From the IMG/VR virus record IMGVR_UViG_3300037991_000596, positions 1 to 30,051 of that record: 30,051 nt of DNA. One strand, 5' to 3'. The DNA comes from a virus. Its lineage: Duplodnaviria; Caudoviricetes. Below are positions 8,060 through 16,928 of this stretch, in pieces. Each line of letters begins with the position of its first letter. Within the stretch, counting starts at the first letter, position 1. Under the pieces are notes generated by a model, which searched no databases, was not told where the DNA came from, and was given only the letters and a program-made list of their open reading frames with translations. The position numbers were made by a program, and so were the translations under genes.

Positions 8060-8896
8060 TTATAAATTATTTAATCCACCACTTTGAACGCCTAAACCTA
8101 AATTGTCAATATCGTCAATCGCTTGTGCGCCTTCAATTGGAAAATAAGCAACAGAACAACGACAATTTATTGTTTCAGCTGCGCCACCCATAGGGTCACC
8201 AGGAAACATCATTGGCATACCACCAACAATAAATGTTTCATTTGCCATAACAACTTGTGTGTCGGCTTCACTATGCGTTGATCGTGTTCGATCGTCAAAA
8301 CTTGCAATCCATTCTTTTTGCAATTGTTCAGGCGAAAAAATTGTTTGTGCCGCTTGTGTTTGTGCAAAATTAGCCGCCGCAGTTGCTTCAGTACGGACCA
8401 AACGTTCGGATTGCCATTGTGAATATTTATTGAATTGATTTTTTAAAATGCGACTTTTTTCTTTTATTCCTAGAGTCATAAAATCAGGGTCACTCATCAA
8501 ACGTTGAGTTGTTTTAATTAAAGTCTTCCTTGCAGTTTCAGAAACCAACGTCACACGCTCGGCGCCAATGGCTGAACCAAACGCCGCAAATGCTTCACTC
8601 CAAATGTCATCAATTGCAGATGTGTCAATTTGTTTAATTAAATACTTTTGAAAATTGTTGACATACCATTTAGCGAAACGCAATCCTATTTGTGTGTAAA
8701 GATTAATATAAATCTTTTTTAATTCGTTTTCGTTAAATAAAAATCTAAAACTCGTAGGATTGTCCGACAAAAACGATTCAATTCCCTTGTTATATTCTTT
8801 TTTATAAAAACGCTTTACAATTGCAATTTGTTTCTTTTCAGCAATGTCAAGTTGCTTTTCAAATGCTGATTGCCATTTGTCCCTATCTATTGCCAA
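8060..8896 (-). CDS. MuF / SPP1 gp7-like minor head protein
   Basis: RTE..A.N, KEW....D.RTR.TH, F.VGG..M.FPGDP...A.ETINCRC motifs. Confidence 0.9.
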   Translation of the reverse strand: MAIDRDKWQSAFEKQLDIAEKKQIAIVKRFYKKEYNKGIESFLSDNPTSFRFLFNENELKKIYINLYTQIGLRFAKWYVNNFQKYLIKQIDTSAIDDIWSEAFAAFGSAIGAERVTLVSETARKTLIKTTQRLMSDPDFMTLGIKEKSRILKNQFNKYSQWQSERLVRTEATAAANFAQTQAAQTIFSPEQLQKEWIASFDDRTRSTHSEADTQVVMANETFIVGGMPMMFPGDPMGGAAETINCRCSVAYFPIEGAQAIDDIDNLGLGVQSGGLNNL

Positions 8897-8897
8897 A

Positions 8898-11117
8898 CTA
8901 ATCGTTTATTTCGTTTAATTTTTTATTGACCCAATCACGCATAGCAGTCCCACCCCAAAGATTCCAAGAAACATAACCATTGTCACGCCATGGAGTATCT
9001 TTATAACGATCAGCAATTGTTTGATTGCCTTCATGTCTAGCAAAGAATGATTTTATTCGATTAAGCATTTCAATTGTTAATGGTTCACGATTTGCCAACA
9101 TTGAGGCACGACGCCAACCAGTTGGAGTTCCGGCTCTCACTTCATCGCCGTACTTTTCACGCCATTCAATCATTCGTTTTGCGTTGTTGGTTGCCGTTTG
9201 TGGATAAGTGTCAAACATTTCGTTTTTGTTTTGTGATTTATCTTTTGAACTCATTGGGTGACCTTCAGGCAATAGATCTGTGTCGTGTTTGCCACTTCTA
9301 AATTTACCATTTTTTAAAGCGTATAAATAAGAATTGACTCTAGCCATTGCCCATTGTTCAGGCGATGAAACGTTTGGTCGTACACTTGACGGATTTGTTC
9401 TATAAGCACCAATCCCACGTTCATAAACTTTAAATAAAGTTGCGACAGTTGTTCTTTTACTTGAAGCGTTGTTTACTTCTTTATTGTGGTCATCTACTTT
9501 TTTTTTTAATGCTTTTCGCAATCTAGCAGACATTTGTTTTTTTTCGTCATCGTCTTCATCATGATATTTTGATTCCTCAATTGCTTGTTCATATTCGTCA
9601 TGACTTTCAAAAGGCATATAAACAACCTCGCCGTCAAACTCGTGTTCGTGTGTACCACTTCCGCCAAGTTCTTGCGCTCGTGCTTCAGCTTCATCAATAG
9701 TTGTAAAAACGTCAGTCATTCCAGGCACTAGTTTTTTGCTTAAAAACTTATTGACATCAACGTCAATGTCTTCAACTTCTAGTTCAACATCGTTTGATTG
9801 TACTGGAATTAAATTTGCTGGAATAAAATAATCGTCAAGTTGTGACGTTTCTTCATCTTTTCCATAATTCATGGCGGCACGTTTTTCATTTGGAGTTAAC
9901 CACCATGCTTTTGTTAATTGATCAACAACTTTGTCGGTTTCCTCTTGAAGTTCAGGAATAACAGAAAAATCAAATTCAATACAAAGTTTGTCACCATATT
10001 TTGGCGCCAACCAACGATTTAATTCGTCTTTTATTTTTATAAGTTCTGGAATTACGGCGTTTTGATACAGAGCCTTTTTTGCCTCTTTCATATTGTTGTA
10101 AGACGATGAATCTGTATTGTTTAACAATTGAACTGGAACATTATAAATATTACATAAATCTTTTATTGATGCATTATATTGTTCAATCAAAGAAACATCA
10201 GCGGCGTTCAAACCAAAGTTGACCCATGATAATTTTTTCGGTGTGATAATAACATCACCAGCATTGTCAGACCCTTGAAATTGTCTTCTAAATTTATCTT
10301 TTAATTGTTGCGCTTGAACTTCATTAATATCGCCTTCATCACTCATTAAAAGACCACGAGCCGTTTGATTTTGTAAATATTTAACCCCAGTTTGTGTTGC
10401 TTCATTGTTAGTTGTCAATGATCTTAAACCAGCTCTCAATGGTGATTGACCATAAAGATGCGAACCAGTTCCGTCATAATAAGGGTTAAAATCTTTGATG
10501 TGACAAATTTCACTTGCGTCAATCTCAAACGTTCCGTTGTATTCGATTTTATATTTTCTAACTGGTTGCATGATACCGCCTGAAACGATTTCCATAATTT
10601 GTGAAGGCATCACATAAAGTTCAGTATATTTGCCAACATTAGCACCAGTATCGGGACCAATTCCATATATATAACGATTCCCTGTTAATTTACCAAACGC
10701 AATTAATTCGCTTATAAATGTGTTGTATGATTGCGCTGGATTTGGTCGTTCTAATATTTTGTGAAGTTCTGTGTCTTCTAATTCAACTAATGAACGTTTT
10801 TGCAATAAACTAGCTTTGTGTATTGTTGAGGCGTCAAAAGTTCCTGAAGTCATTGCCTTATAACGCTTATAATCGTTTTCATTTGTCTTTTCATATACTT
10901 GAAACGGGATTGTTGTCGCCGCTTTTGTGATTAGATTAATCAATGAATAAATAGTTGCGTTTTTTCTATATCCTTCCGTGATATAAGAATCGTCATTTTC
11001 AGGATTCCAAACAATAGAATCTCCAAGCCAATTATAAATTGCTCGATTGTATTGTTGCGCCGTTTGTTGAGAGTTTTTAATTAATAGAGATTTGAAGCGG
11101 TCAAATAAAGATGCCAT
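8898..11117 (-). CDS. Portal protein (HK97 family) with a C-terminal extension of about 300 aa
   Basis: Core to about aa 440: L..PNP, GN.Y, EICHIK.FNP, YGQSPL, YNVP..LL, LTPNEKR; followed by three extra domains. Confidence 0.93.
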   Translation of the reverse strand: MASLFDRFKSLLIKNSQQTAQQYNRAIYNWLGDSIVWNPENDDSYITEGYRKNATIYSLINLITKAATTIPFQVYEKTNENDYKRYKAMTSGTFDASTIHKASLLQKRSLVELEDTELHKILERPNPAQSYNTFISELIAFGKLTGNRYIYGIGPDTGANVGKYTELYVMPSQIMEIVSGGIMQPVRKYKIEYNGTFEIDASEICHIKDFNPYYDGTGSHLYGQSPLRAGLRSLTTNNEATQTGVKYLQNQTARGLLMSDEGDINEVQAQQLKDKFRRQFQGSDNAGDVIITPKKLSWVNFGLNAADVSLIEQYNASIKDLCNIYNVPVQLLNNTDSSSYNNMKEAKKALYQNAVIPELIKIKDELNRWLAPKYGDKLCIEFDFSVIPELQEETDKVVDQLTKAWWLTPNEKRAAMNYGKDEETSQLDDYFIPANLIPVQSNDVELEVEDIDVDVNKFLSKKLVPGMTDVFTTIDEAEARAQELGGSGTHEHEFDGEVVYMPFESHDEYEQAIEESKYHDEDDDEKKQMSARLRKALKKKVDDHNKEVNNASSKRTTVATLFKVYERGIGAYRTNPSSVRPNVSSPEQWAMARVNSYLYALKNGKFRSGKHDTDLLPEGHPMSSKDKSQNKNEMFDTYPQTATNNAKRMIEWREKYGDEVRAGTPTGWRRASMLANREPLTIEMLNRIKSFFARHEGNQTIADRYKDTPWRDNGYVSWNLWGGTAMRDWVNKKLNEIND

Positions 11118-11141
11118 ATTTTACGATATATAAAATTTTTG

Positions 11142-11149
11142 TAAAAATA
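11142..11149 (-). promoter_or_regulatory. -7 promoter variant (TATTTTTA) upstream of portal
   Basis: TTTTGTATTTTT context shared with 1590, 26474 and 29347. Confidence 0.55.
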
Positions 11150-11168
11150 CAAAATTTAAAATTGTTTT

Positions 11169-12347
11169 TTACACAACAAAAAATTCAGTTCGATTTTTAT
11201 ATTTTGAATAAACGGCGTATCGCAAAGCGTCCATTAAATGGTTGTTTGCGTCAATTGGTTTATTGATAATTGTTTCGTCTTTTAGTTGTTGCCAATAATA
11301 TGTGTGTTGCTCGTGTTTTAGATTTGTTGATTCGTTTGAAATAAAAACTTCATGTTCTTTAATTAAACTAATTCCAGCATTTATTGACCCAGCACCCTTT
11401 ATTGCGCCTTTAGATAATACACCCATTTGACGCAATTCGACGACGGATTTTGGTTCAGCGGAATCGCAATAAGATAAGACATCAGCTTTGTTAATGTTTT
11501 TTAAATAGTTTGCAATATCTCGATTCGTCATTCCTTTTTTATACATCAATTCATTAACGTATAATTTATCTTTGATTTTACCGACTTCTAAAATTGCACA
11601 AGGGTCATTTGTGAATCCAAAGTCAATACCAATAACAGTTTCATCAAAATCAGGAAATTCACACAATGGAATATATTTCCAATTAGTAAAGATTTGACGT
11701 TGTGAAAATTGCGCTCTTTGTCCTTCACCATACACACGCCAATAATCTGGGTCACGTTCTTTGATTCTCTCGATCTCGTTTATTAATTCACTAGGCAAAA
11801 AATTATTGTCTTTGTATGTGGTAATAAATAAATCACAATCATCACGTTCAATAACTTCACTATAAAGCCAATGAACGGGATCAGAAGGGTTAAAGTCAAT
11901 TATCATTTCGCCAACAGTACGCATGTTTAATTGACGAAAGTCTTCGAATGTTAGTTCATTGCTTTCATTCAAAAAACAAATGTCGTGTTTTGCACCTCTA
12001 ATTTTTTGTGGGTCATCTGTTGAAAGGAATTGAACAATAGAACCATTGTATTTGAAAACGCTTTCAGCCTTATTATGTTCGCCTTTATAATATACGCCTA
12101 GTTTAGACGCTATTTGTATAAAGTCACGCAATACCGAACGTTTTAACGCTGGTAATGTTTTACGAACAATAGAGATAGTCAAAGGCGTTTTAGTAGTCGT
12201 TAAACGATAAATTAAATATTGACAAATGGCGTATGTTTTTCCAGAACGTGTGCCACCTTGATGAACTTTTATTCTAGCTTTAGAATTTAACGTTTGATAA
12301 AATTGAATATTGCAAAACTCTTTTATTGTTCCTTTGCTGGATTCCAT
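11169..12347 (-). CDS. terL: Terminase large subunit (PBSX-like family)
   Basis: GGTRSGKT Walker A, FLNE Walker B, DFNP, YKDN.FL, GIDFGFTNDP nuclease motif, NHLMDALRY. Confidence 0.95.
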   Translation of the reverse strand: MESSKGTIKEFCNIQFYQTLNSKARIKVHQGGTRSGKTYAICQYLIYRLTTTKTPLTISIVRKTLPALKRSVLRDFIQIASKLGVYYKGEHNKAESVFKYNGSIVQFLSTDDPQKIRGAKHDICFLNESNELTFEDFRQLNMRTVGEMIIDFNPSDPVHWLYSEVIERDDCDLFITTYKDNNFLPSELINEIERIKERDPDYWRVYGEGQRAQFSQRQIFTNWKYIPLCEFPDFDETVIGIDFGFTNDPCAILEVGKIKDKLYVNELMYKKGMTNRDIANYLKNINKADVLSYCDSAEPKSVVELRQMGVLSKGAIKGAGSINAGISLIKEHEVFISNESTNLKHEQHTYYWQQLKDETIINKPIDANNHLMDALRYAVYSKYKNRTEFFVV

Positions 12348-12673
12348 TCAATGATTTTAGATTCAATGCCGCCGTCCAATTGTATTTCCTGACGCTCAAT
12401 AAAGCCACGCTTTTTGCCTTTGGTTTTTAAATAGAATATCGTTGCAGTTGTGTTGCCTTCTTGAATTTGTTTATGAAGTTCCGACTCAACAAAGTCCAAT
12501 GTCATGTTTTGAAGTTCGTCAACTTGATCACGAAACTTTTGATCACTATTGTAATATTTATAAAAAGTTGAACGATTGCAACCAACTTTTTTACATGCAG
12601 TTGTAACAATGCCTAATGATTTCTCCAATGCTTCAATAAGATTCTTTTTTAATATGTTGGTTTTCGTTGCCAT
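12323..12673 (-). CDS. terS: Terminase small subunit
   Basis: N-terminal HTH (VTTACKKVGCNRSTFYKY), ATIFYLKTK..RGF.ER; directly upstream of terL. Confidence 0.85.
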   Translation of the reverse strand: MATKTNILKKNLIEALEKSLGIVTTACKKVGCNRSTFYKYYNSDQKFRDQVDELQNMTLDFVESELHKQIQEGNTTATIFYLKTKGKKRGFIERQEIQLDGGIESKIIEWNPAKEQ

Positions 12674-12677
12674 GCTA

Positions 12678-12685
12678 CAAAGTTA
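12678..12685 (-). promoter_or_regulatory. -7 promoter (TAACTTTG), probable leaderless terS mRNA
   Basis: Perfect TAnnTTTG 4 nt from ATG 12673. Confidence 0.6.
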
Positions 12686-12703
12686 AATAAAAATAAGTGA
12701 TAT

Positions 12704-12732
12704 AAAAAAACCCCTCATTTTTGAAGGGTTTT
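12704..12732 (-). terminator. Intrinsic terminator
   Basis: Minus-strand CCCUUCA-AAAA-UGAGGGG-U7 (the G-U pair fixes orientation). Confidence 0.8.
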
Positions 12733-12750
12733 AATTTTGTTTTATTTTTT

Positions 12751-12984
12751 TTAAAGTTCAACAACGTATTGGTCAACCAACCAATTTTCAAATCTATTTT
12801 GTGACATTAAACCAGTTAATTGTTCACCTTTATTGTTATAAGCTTGAAATAAACCATATTTATAATTTACATTGATAACGCCTCTTTTTGTGTCACATAT
12901 AGACATTGATCCATTTTCTTTTGCAATTGTTGTGTCTTCGTTAGCATATTGTTTTAAAGCTTTGTAAATTTCTAAAGTTGTCAT
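12751..12984 (-). CDS. Hypothetical protein (single-gene moron)
   Basis: 77 aa, bracketed by its own promoter and terminator. Confidence 0.75.
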   Translation of the reverse strand: MTTLEIYKALKQYANEDTTIAKENGSMSICDTKRGVINVNYKYGLFQAYNNKGEQLTGLMSQNRFENWLVDQYVVEL

Positions 12985-13022
12985 AATTGTTTTGTTTTAT
13001 TAGTTTGTTTATTAATATACTA

Positions 13023-13053
13023 CAAATATAAAAGAATTTTTTCAATTACCAAA
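13023..13053 (-). promoter_or_regulatory. Full Bacteroidota promoter: -33 TTTG, 19-nt spacer, -7 TATATTTG
   Basis: CAAATATA at 13023-13030 and CAAA at 13050-13053. Confidence 0.7.
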
Positions 13054-13078
13054 CAAAAATGAAAGTTTTTTTTTATTT

Positions 13079-13100
13079 TTTACGAAAACTTTACGAAAAC
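13079..13100. repeat. Tandem 11-bp direct repeat (TTTACGAAAAC x2)
   Basis: Seen directly, just upstream of the 13023 promoter. Confidence 0.8.
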
Positions 13101-13102
13101 TT

Positions 13103-13288
13103 TTATCCCTCGTTAGTGTACCAAACAAAAGAAATACCAATAAAAAACAAATGAATCTCGAAACAATGTTCTACTTCATTATCAATTTGTGATTCCAAAA
13201 TGACGTGTTCCATTTTAGTATTGTAATAGTTTAAACCTAGTACGCAACCAAAAATTGGATAAATAATTGTGTTAAAATTTAATCTCAT
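13103..13288 (-). CDS. Hypothetical protein
   Basis: 61 aa, ATGA-coupled to the upstream ORF. Confidence 0.7.
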   Translation of the reverse strand: MRLNFNTIIYPIFGCVLGLNYYNTKMEHVILESQIDNEVEHCFEIHLFFIGISFVWYTNEG

Positions 13289-13509
13289 ATTTCAAAATAT
13301 TTTTTGTAAATATACAAATATAATTCCCAACATTTGTTGTTTGCATCGTTTTTAGTATAATATTGAGGGGAAATAATTTTCTTACCTCTATCGTTTATTA
13401 TAACTTTTAAACCCCTTTTAGTTGGATTAACATAAACTTTTATATCATTTTTTAAACACCATTGAATTGCAATTCGATGTTCATATTTTGGATAGAAATT
13501 TTTATTCAT
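13285..13509 (-). CDS. Hypothetical protein
   Basis: 74 aa, tiled in operon. Confidence 0.75.
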   Translation of the reverse strand: MNKNFYPKYEHRIAIQWCLKNDIKVYVNPTKRGLKVIINDRGKKIISPQYYTKNDANNKCWELYLYIYKKYFEI

Positions 13510-13511
13510 AA

Positions 13512-14672
13512 TTAAAACATTGAAATTTGATTTTGTGCAACATTTTTATAAACTTCATTTTTAAATCTTATTATATTTAAATCTTCGTCATTTATGTCAT
13601 TTGTGTTTGCTATACATTCAAAAGATTTTGAAATACTTACTTTTCTTTGTTGTTTACTTTTTTCATTTTCTTTTTTTATTTTTTCTAAATTGTTTTGAAC
13701 ATCGCAAATTCGCCAATTTTTTGAATTTTCTCTTTTATTCCACAAAGCTGGATTTGATGTTTTTGCGTAAAATCTTTTTTTATCTTTAACATATAATTTA
13801 GCTATGTAATCACTAACGCAACCGCCAATTCCAAGACCTTGAAAGTCAGGCAAAACAACCGTTCTACTCATTCGATATGCATTTTTTAAAGTTCCACTAG
13901 GCAACGGCAAAACAGCATTAAAACAAACAGGTTTATCATTCCACAATGTTAAATAACATTTACAAGCTTTGTTTAAATCTTCACTTAAATAATGATATTG
14001 TTTGAATAGATTCCAAGTTTCATATCTACATCGAAATATCTCCAATTCAATTTTTGGTCTTTGCCTTCGACTTGACGCTATTTCAAGACGCCCTTTTTGT
14101 GGTGAATAAATCCAATTTGGTTGTAACCATTCCATAATATCAAAATGACATGAAGCTAAAACAATTTTCTTGTTTGTTCGTCTTATATACTTTTGCAAAG
14201 CGTTGCTCATTGCCTTTGCAACGTCACGATCAACCACGCTAGTATATTCGTCAATCAATATAATTTCGTTTTCATTAGCTTTTCCAACCATATATGCCAA
14301 AGACGCCCGATATTGTTCACCATTTGATAAAGTGTGAAATGGTCTTAACCATGTTGGAACACTACTCAAACCCATTGAAGACAATAAAAACGTTGCGTCT
14401 TTTGGTTCTAACCAATCAAAATTTGAAATCAATGATTTATTATAATCAAAATTATATGCGTTCAATTCTTTTTTAAAGAAGTTTTTTAATATAGTTGTTT
14501 TACCTGTTCCACTACCACCATAAACAACGCCAATGTTCCAATCTTTTGGCAAATGTTCTAAATTTGCGTCAATTGTGACATTGCTAGTTTCTTTATTTTG
14601 AATGTCAAATGCTTGATAAATGTAATTTGTGTATTTATCATTTTTGATATTATGTTTTAATTCTATTTTCAT
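13512..14672 (-). CDS. ABC-type ATPase fused to GNAT acyltransferase
   Basis: Walker A GGSGTGKTT, signature LSNGEQYR, Walker B ILIDE, H-switch LASCH; C-terminal RTVVLPDFQGLGIG acyl-CoA-binding motif. Confidence 0.88.
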   Translation of the reverse strand: MKIELKHNIKNDKYTNYIYQAFDIQNKETSNVTIDANLEHLPKDWNIGVVYGGSGTGKTTILKNFFKKELNAYNFDYNKSLISNFDWLEPKDATFLLSSMGLSSVPTWLRPFHTLSNGEQYRASLAYMVGKANENEIILIDEYTSVVDRDVAKAMSNALQKYIRRTNKKIVLASCHFDIMEWLQPNWIYSPQKGRLEIASSRRQRPKIELEIFRCRYETWNLFKQYHYLSEDLNKACKCYLTLWNDKPVCFNAVLPLPSGTLKNAYRMSRTVVLPDFQGLGIGGCVSDYIAKLYVKDKKRFYAKTSNPALWNKRENSKNWRICDVQNNLEKIKKENEKSKQQRKVSISKSFECIANTNDINDEDLNIIRFKNEVYKNVAQNQISMF

Positions 14673-14682
14673 ATTTATTTAT

Positions 14683-16356
14683 TTAAAAAGGTAAATTGTC
14701 TTTTATTACTTCAAATTTTTTAGTTTCCAAATCAACATCTTTATAAATACCGCCATTTCTAAAATCAGGTGCAATGTCAAATTCTCCAAGTTGTCCGTTT
14801 TCTTTTCGTTTTACTTTCTCAATATATATTTTTACAATGTCAGATTCATATTTCGTTTTTTGACCAATACAACGATAAACAATCAAACCATTATATGCTT
14901 TATTAAAAAAATCAGCTGAACCGCTAATGTCATATAACGTTGGCTTTTTATAAGTTCCATTTTCACTTTCAATTTTTCTAGGGTGCGCCACTAAAAATAA
15001 ATGTGTGTTTGTTTGTTGACAAAATTGCGTTATCTCTGACAATGAGCGCCCAATATAAGAATGATCTCTTTGCGCTGAATGATCTAACATATTCCATGGG
15101 TCAATAACAAAAACATTAATTCCTTTTTGAAATACTAATTCACGAAAAGAATTTAAAATTCCTTTGAGAGTTAAATTTTCTAAATCTATTTTAACCCAAA
15201 AGAAATGATCTTGAATAAAATCTTTTGTTTGATTGAGTTGCGAATTATTGCAATTTGTTTCATTTAATTTATTTGCAATTCTTTTAATATGACCTTCATA
15301 CGGAAATGATTCAGGTGCAAACATACCACAACGAAAATCATATTTTAACGCTAAATTACAACATATCATATCCATAACATCAGACTTGCCAGAATTAGGA
15401 ATCCCAGTCACAACAGACCATTCACCAAAAGACATTTTAAAATAATTATCAGCATTAGGCAAACCAATTGAATAGTTTTTTACACCATTTTCATTGTAGT
15501 TTAAAACGCTTTGCCAAATATTCTCAATGTTTAACACACCTTCCAATGGGAAGTTTTTAGCCATTTTAATAACGTTTCGTAACGTTTCACCACCTTTTGT
15601 GACTAATATTTCGTTAGCGTCTTTATAATCTCCAAAATCAACGTATTTACAACGATAAGCACCAAAACGCCTTGCAAGTTCTTTTCGCAATTGTATTCCA
15701 GGCGAATCATTGTCAGTACACAAAACAATTTCTTTTTTATCTTTAAAATATTCAAAACAATTGTCTAAATATTCCAAACGTTGATTGCCTTTCGATGCAC
15801 CATTAGGAACGGAACAAACAGAATAAATTCCAGCTTCATGAAGCGACAAAGCATCAATTTCGCCTTCAACAATATAAATTTTATCCATTGTTTTAATATT
15901 GTCAAGACCATAGAAAATGAGTTCAGCGCCTGAAACCATTTTAAAGTTCTTTTGTCCGTCACGATATTTAACATTAACTAAATCATTTTCACGATAATAA
16001 TTAAAATTAATTGCTCGACGTTTTTTTCCTACTTGTGGAAAATATTCAAGTGATTCTCCAATTTTCCAATGAATCAAAGTTGGTTCAGAAATACCACGAT
16101 CATAAAACCATTTAATAATTCGATCAGTTAAATTGACTTTTATTTTTTCAGGCTTAACAAATTCTTTTTTCTTTTCAAATTTAGTAGTTCCAGCCCAACC
16201 ACAATTGTGACAATTAAATAAACCTTTGTCAATATCTACTGACAAACATTTATCACGTTTGTTTTTTCTTGTTGCGCTACATTGTGGGCATTTTGTTTTT
16301 ATTTTACCACTTGATTTGTTTCCAATATCAATGGCGAAGTCTTGAAATGTTTTCAT
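14683..16356 (-). CDS. Primase-helicase (T7 gp4/Twinkle-like)
   Basis: CPQC...CHNC Zn ribbon; TOPRIM EGEIDAL, DND..G, KDANE; SF4 helicase GIPNSGKS, IDPWN, LVAHPRK, ISGS. Confidence 0.95.
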   Translation of the reverse strand: MKTFQDFAIDIGNKSSGKIKTKCPQCSATRKNKRDKCLSVDIDKGLFNCHNCGWAGTTKFEKKKEFVKPEKIKVNLTDRIIKWFYDRGISEPTLIHWKIGESLEYFPQVGKKRRAINFNYYRENDLVNVKYRDGQKNFKMVSGAELIFYGLDNIKTMDKIYIVEGEIDALSLHEAGIYSVCSVPNGASKGNQRLEYLDNCFEYFKDKKEIVLCTDNDSPGIQLRKELARRFGAYRCKYVDFGDYKDANEILVTKGGETLRNVIKMAKNFPLEGVLNIENIWQSVLNYNENGVKNYSIGLPNADNYFKMSFGEWSVVTGIPNSGKSDVMDMICCNLALKYDFRCGMFAPESFPYEGHIKRIANKLNETNCNNSQLNQTKDFIQDHFFWVKIDLENLTLKGILNSFRELVFQKGINVFVIDPWNMLDHSAQRDHSYIGRSLSEITQFCQQTNTHLFLVAHPRKIESENGTYKKPTLYDISGSADFFNKAYNGLIVYRCIGQKTKYESDIVKIYIEKVKRKENGQLGEFDIAPDFRNGGIYKDVDLETKKFEVIKDNLPF

Positions 16357-16394
16357 TGTGTTTTGTTTTCTATTGTAAAAGTAAAAATATTTTT

Positions 16395-16928
16395 TTAATA
16401 TTTAGGTAAATAATAAAATAATTTTTCAATATTCTTTAATTTATTGTTTTTAATCTCGTAGGTGTCTGTTTTCATTTTGAAGGTTGTGCCGTTGGTTCTT
16501 GTTCTAATATCGCCTTTTTTATATAATGTAGCTAATTTTAATAATTCTTTTTTTCCTAAATAACCACAAATTGATAATTCATTTTTTTGTTTGTTTAATG
16601 AGCAAAAAATATAAATATCACAATCATAAGATTTTTGAAAAGCAATAAAATTATTTACAAAATAATCTTTAACGTCAACGTTTCGTCCCATTGTTTTAAC
16701 ATCTATTTTAAAACCCTTATATGTAAAATCATAACCGCCGTCAAATCCTTTGTTGAATTCATGTTTTATATTAAACAGATGTTTGATAATAATTTCGCCA
16801 ACAAGTCCCACGAATTGTTCCTCTTTGTTGCCGTTTGCTTCATAACGATTTCCAATATTAGTTTCATTTAGATATTGCCAAACATCTGTTTTTAACTTAT
16901 TAGATATTTTATATTTTTTATAGTTCAT
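16395..16928 (-). CDS. Putative PD-(D/E)XK restriction-like nuclease
   Basis: G.VGE helix, D.GYDF...IDVKT catalytic pattern, DIYIF. Confidence 0.6.
   Translation of the reverse strand: MNYKKYKISNKLKTDVWQYLNETNIGNRYEANGNKEEQFVGLVGEIIIKHLFNIKHEFNKGFDGGYDFTYKGFKIDVKTMGRNVDVKDYFVNNFIAFQKSYDCDIYIFCSLNKQKNELSICGYLGKKELLKLATLYKKGDIRTRTNGTTFKMKTDTYEIKNNKLKNIEKLFYYLPKY

Noticed and set aside
9199-9207. Perfect DnaA box (TTATCCACA on minus strand)
   Set aside because: Single copy inside portal coding sequence (T-Y-P-Q codons), no cluster; compatible with chance.
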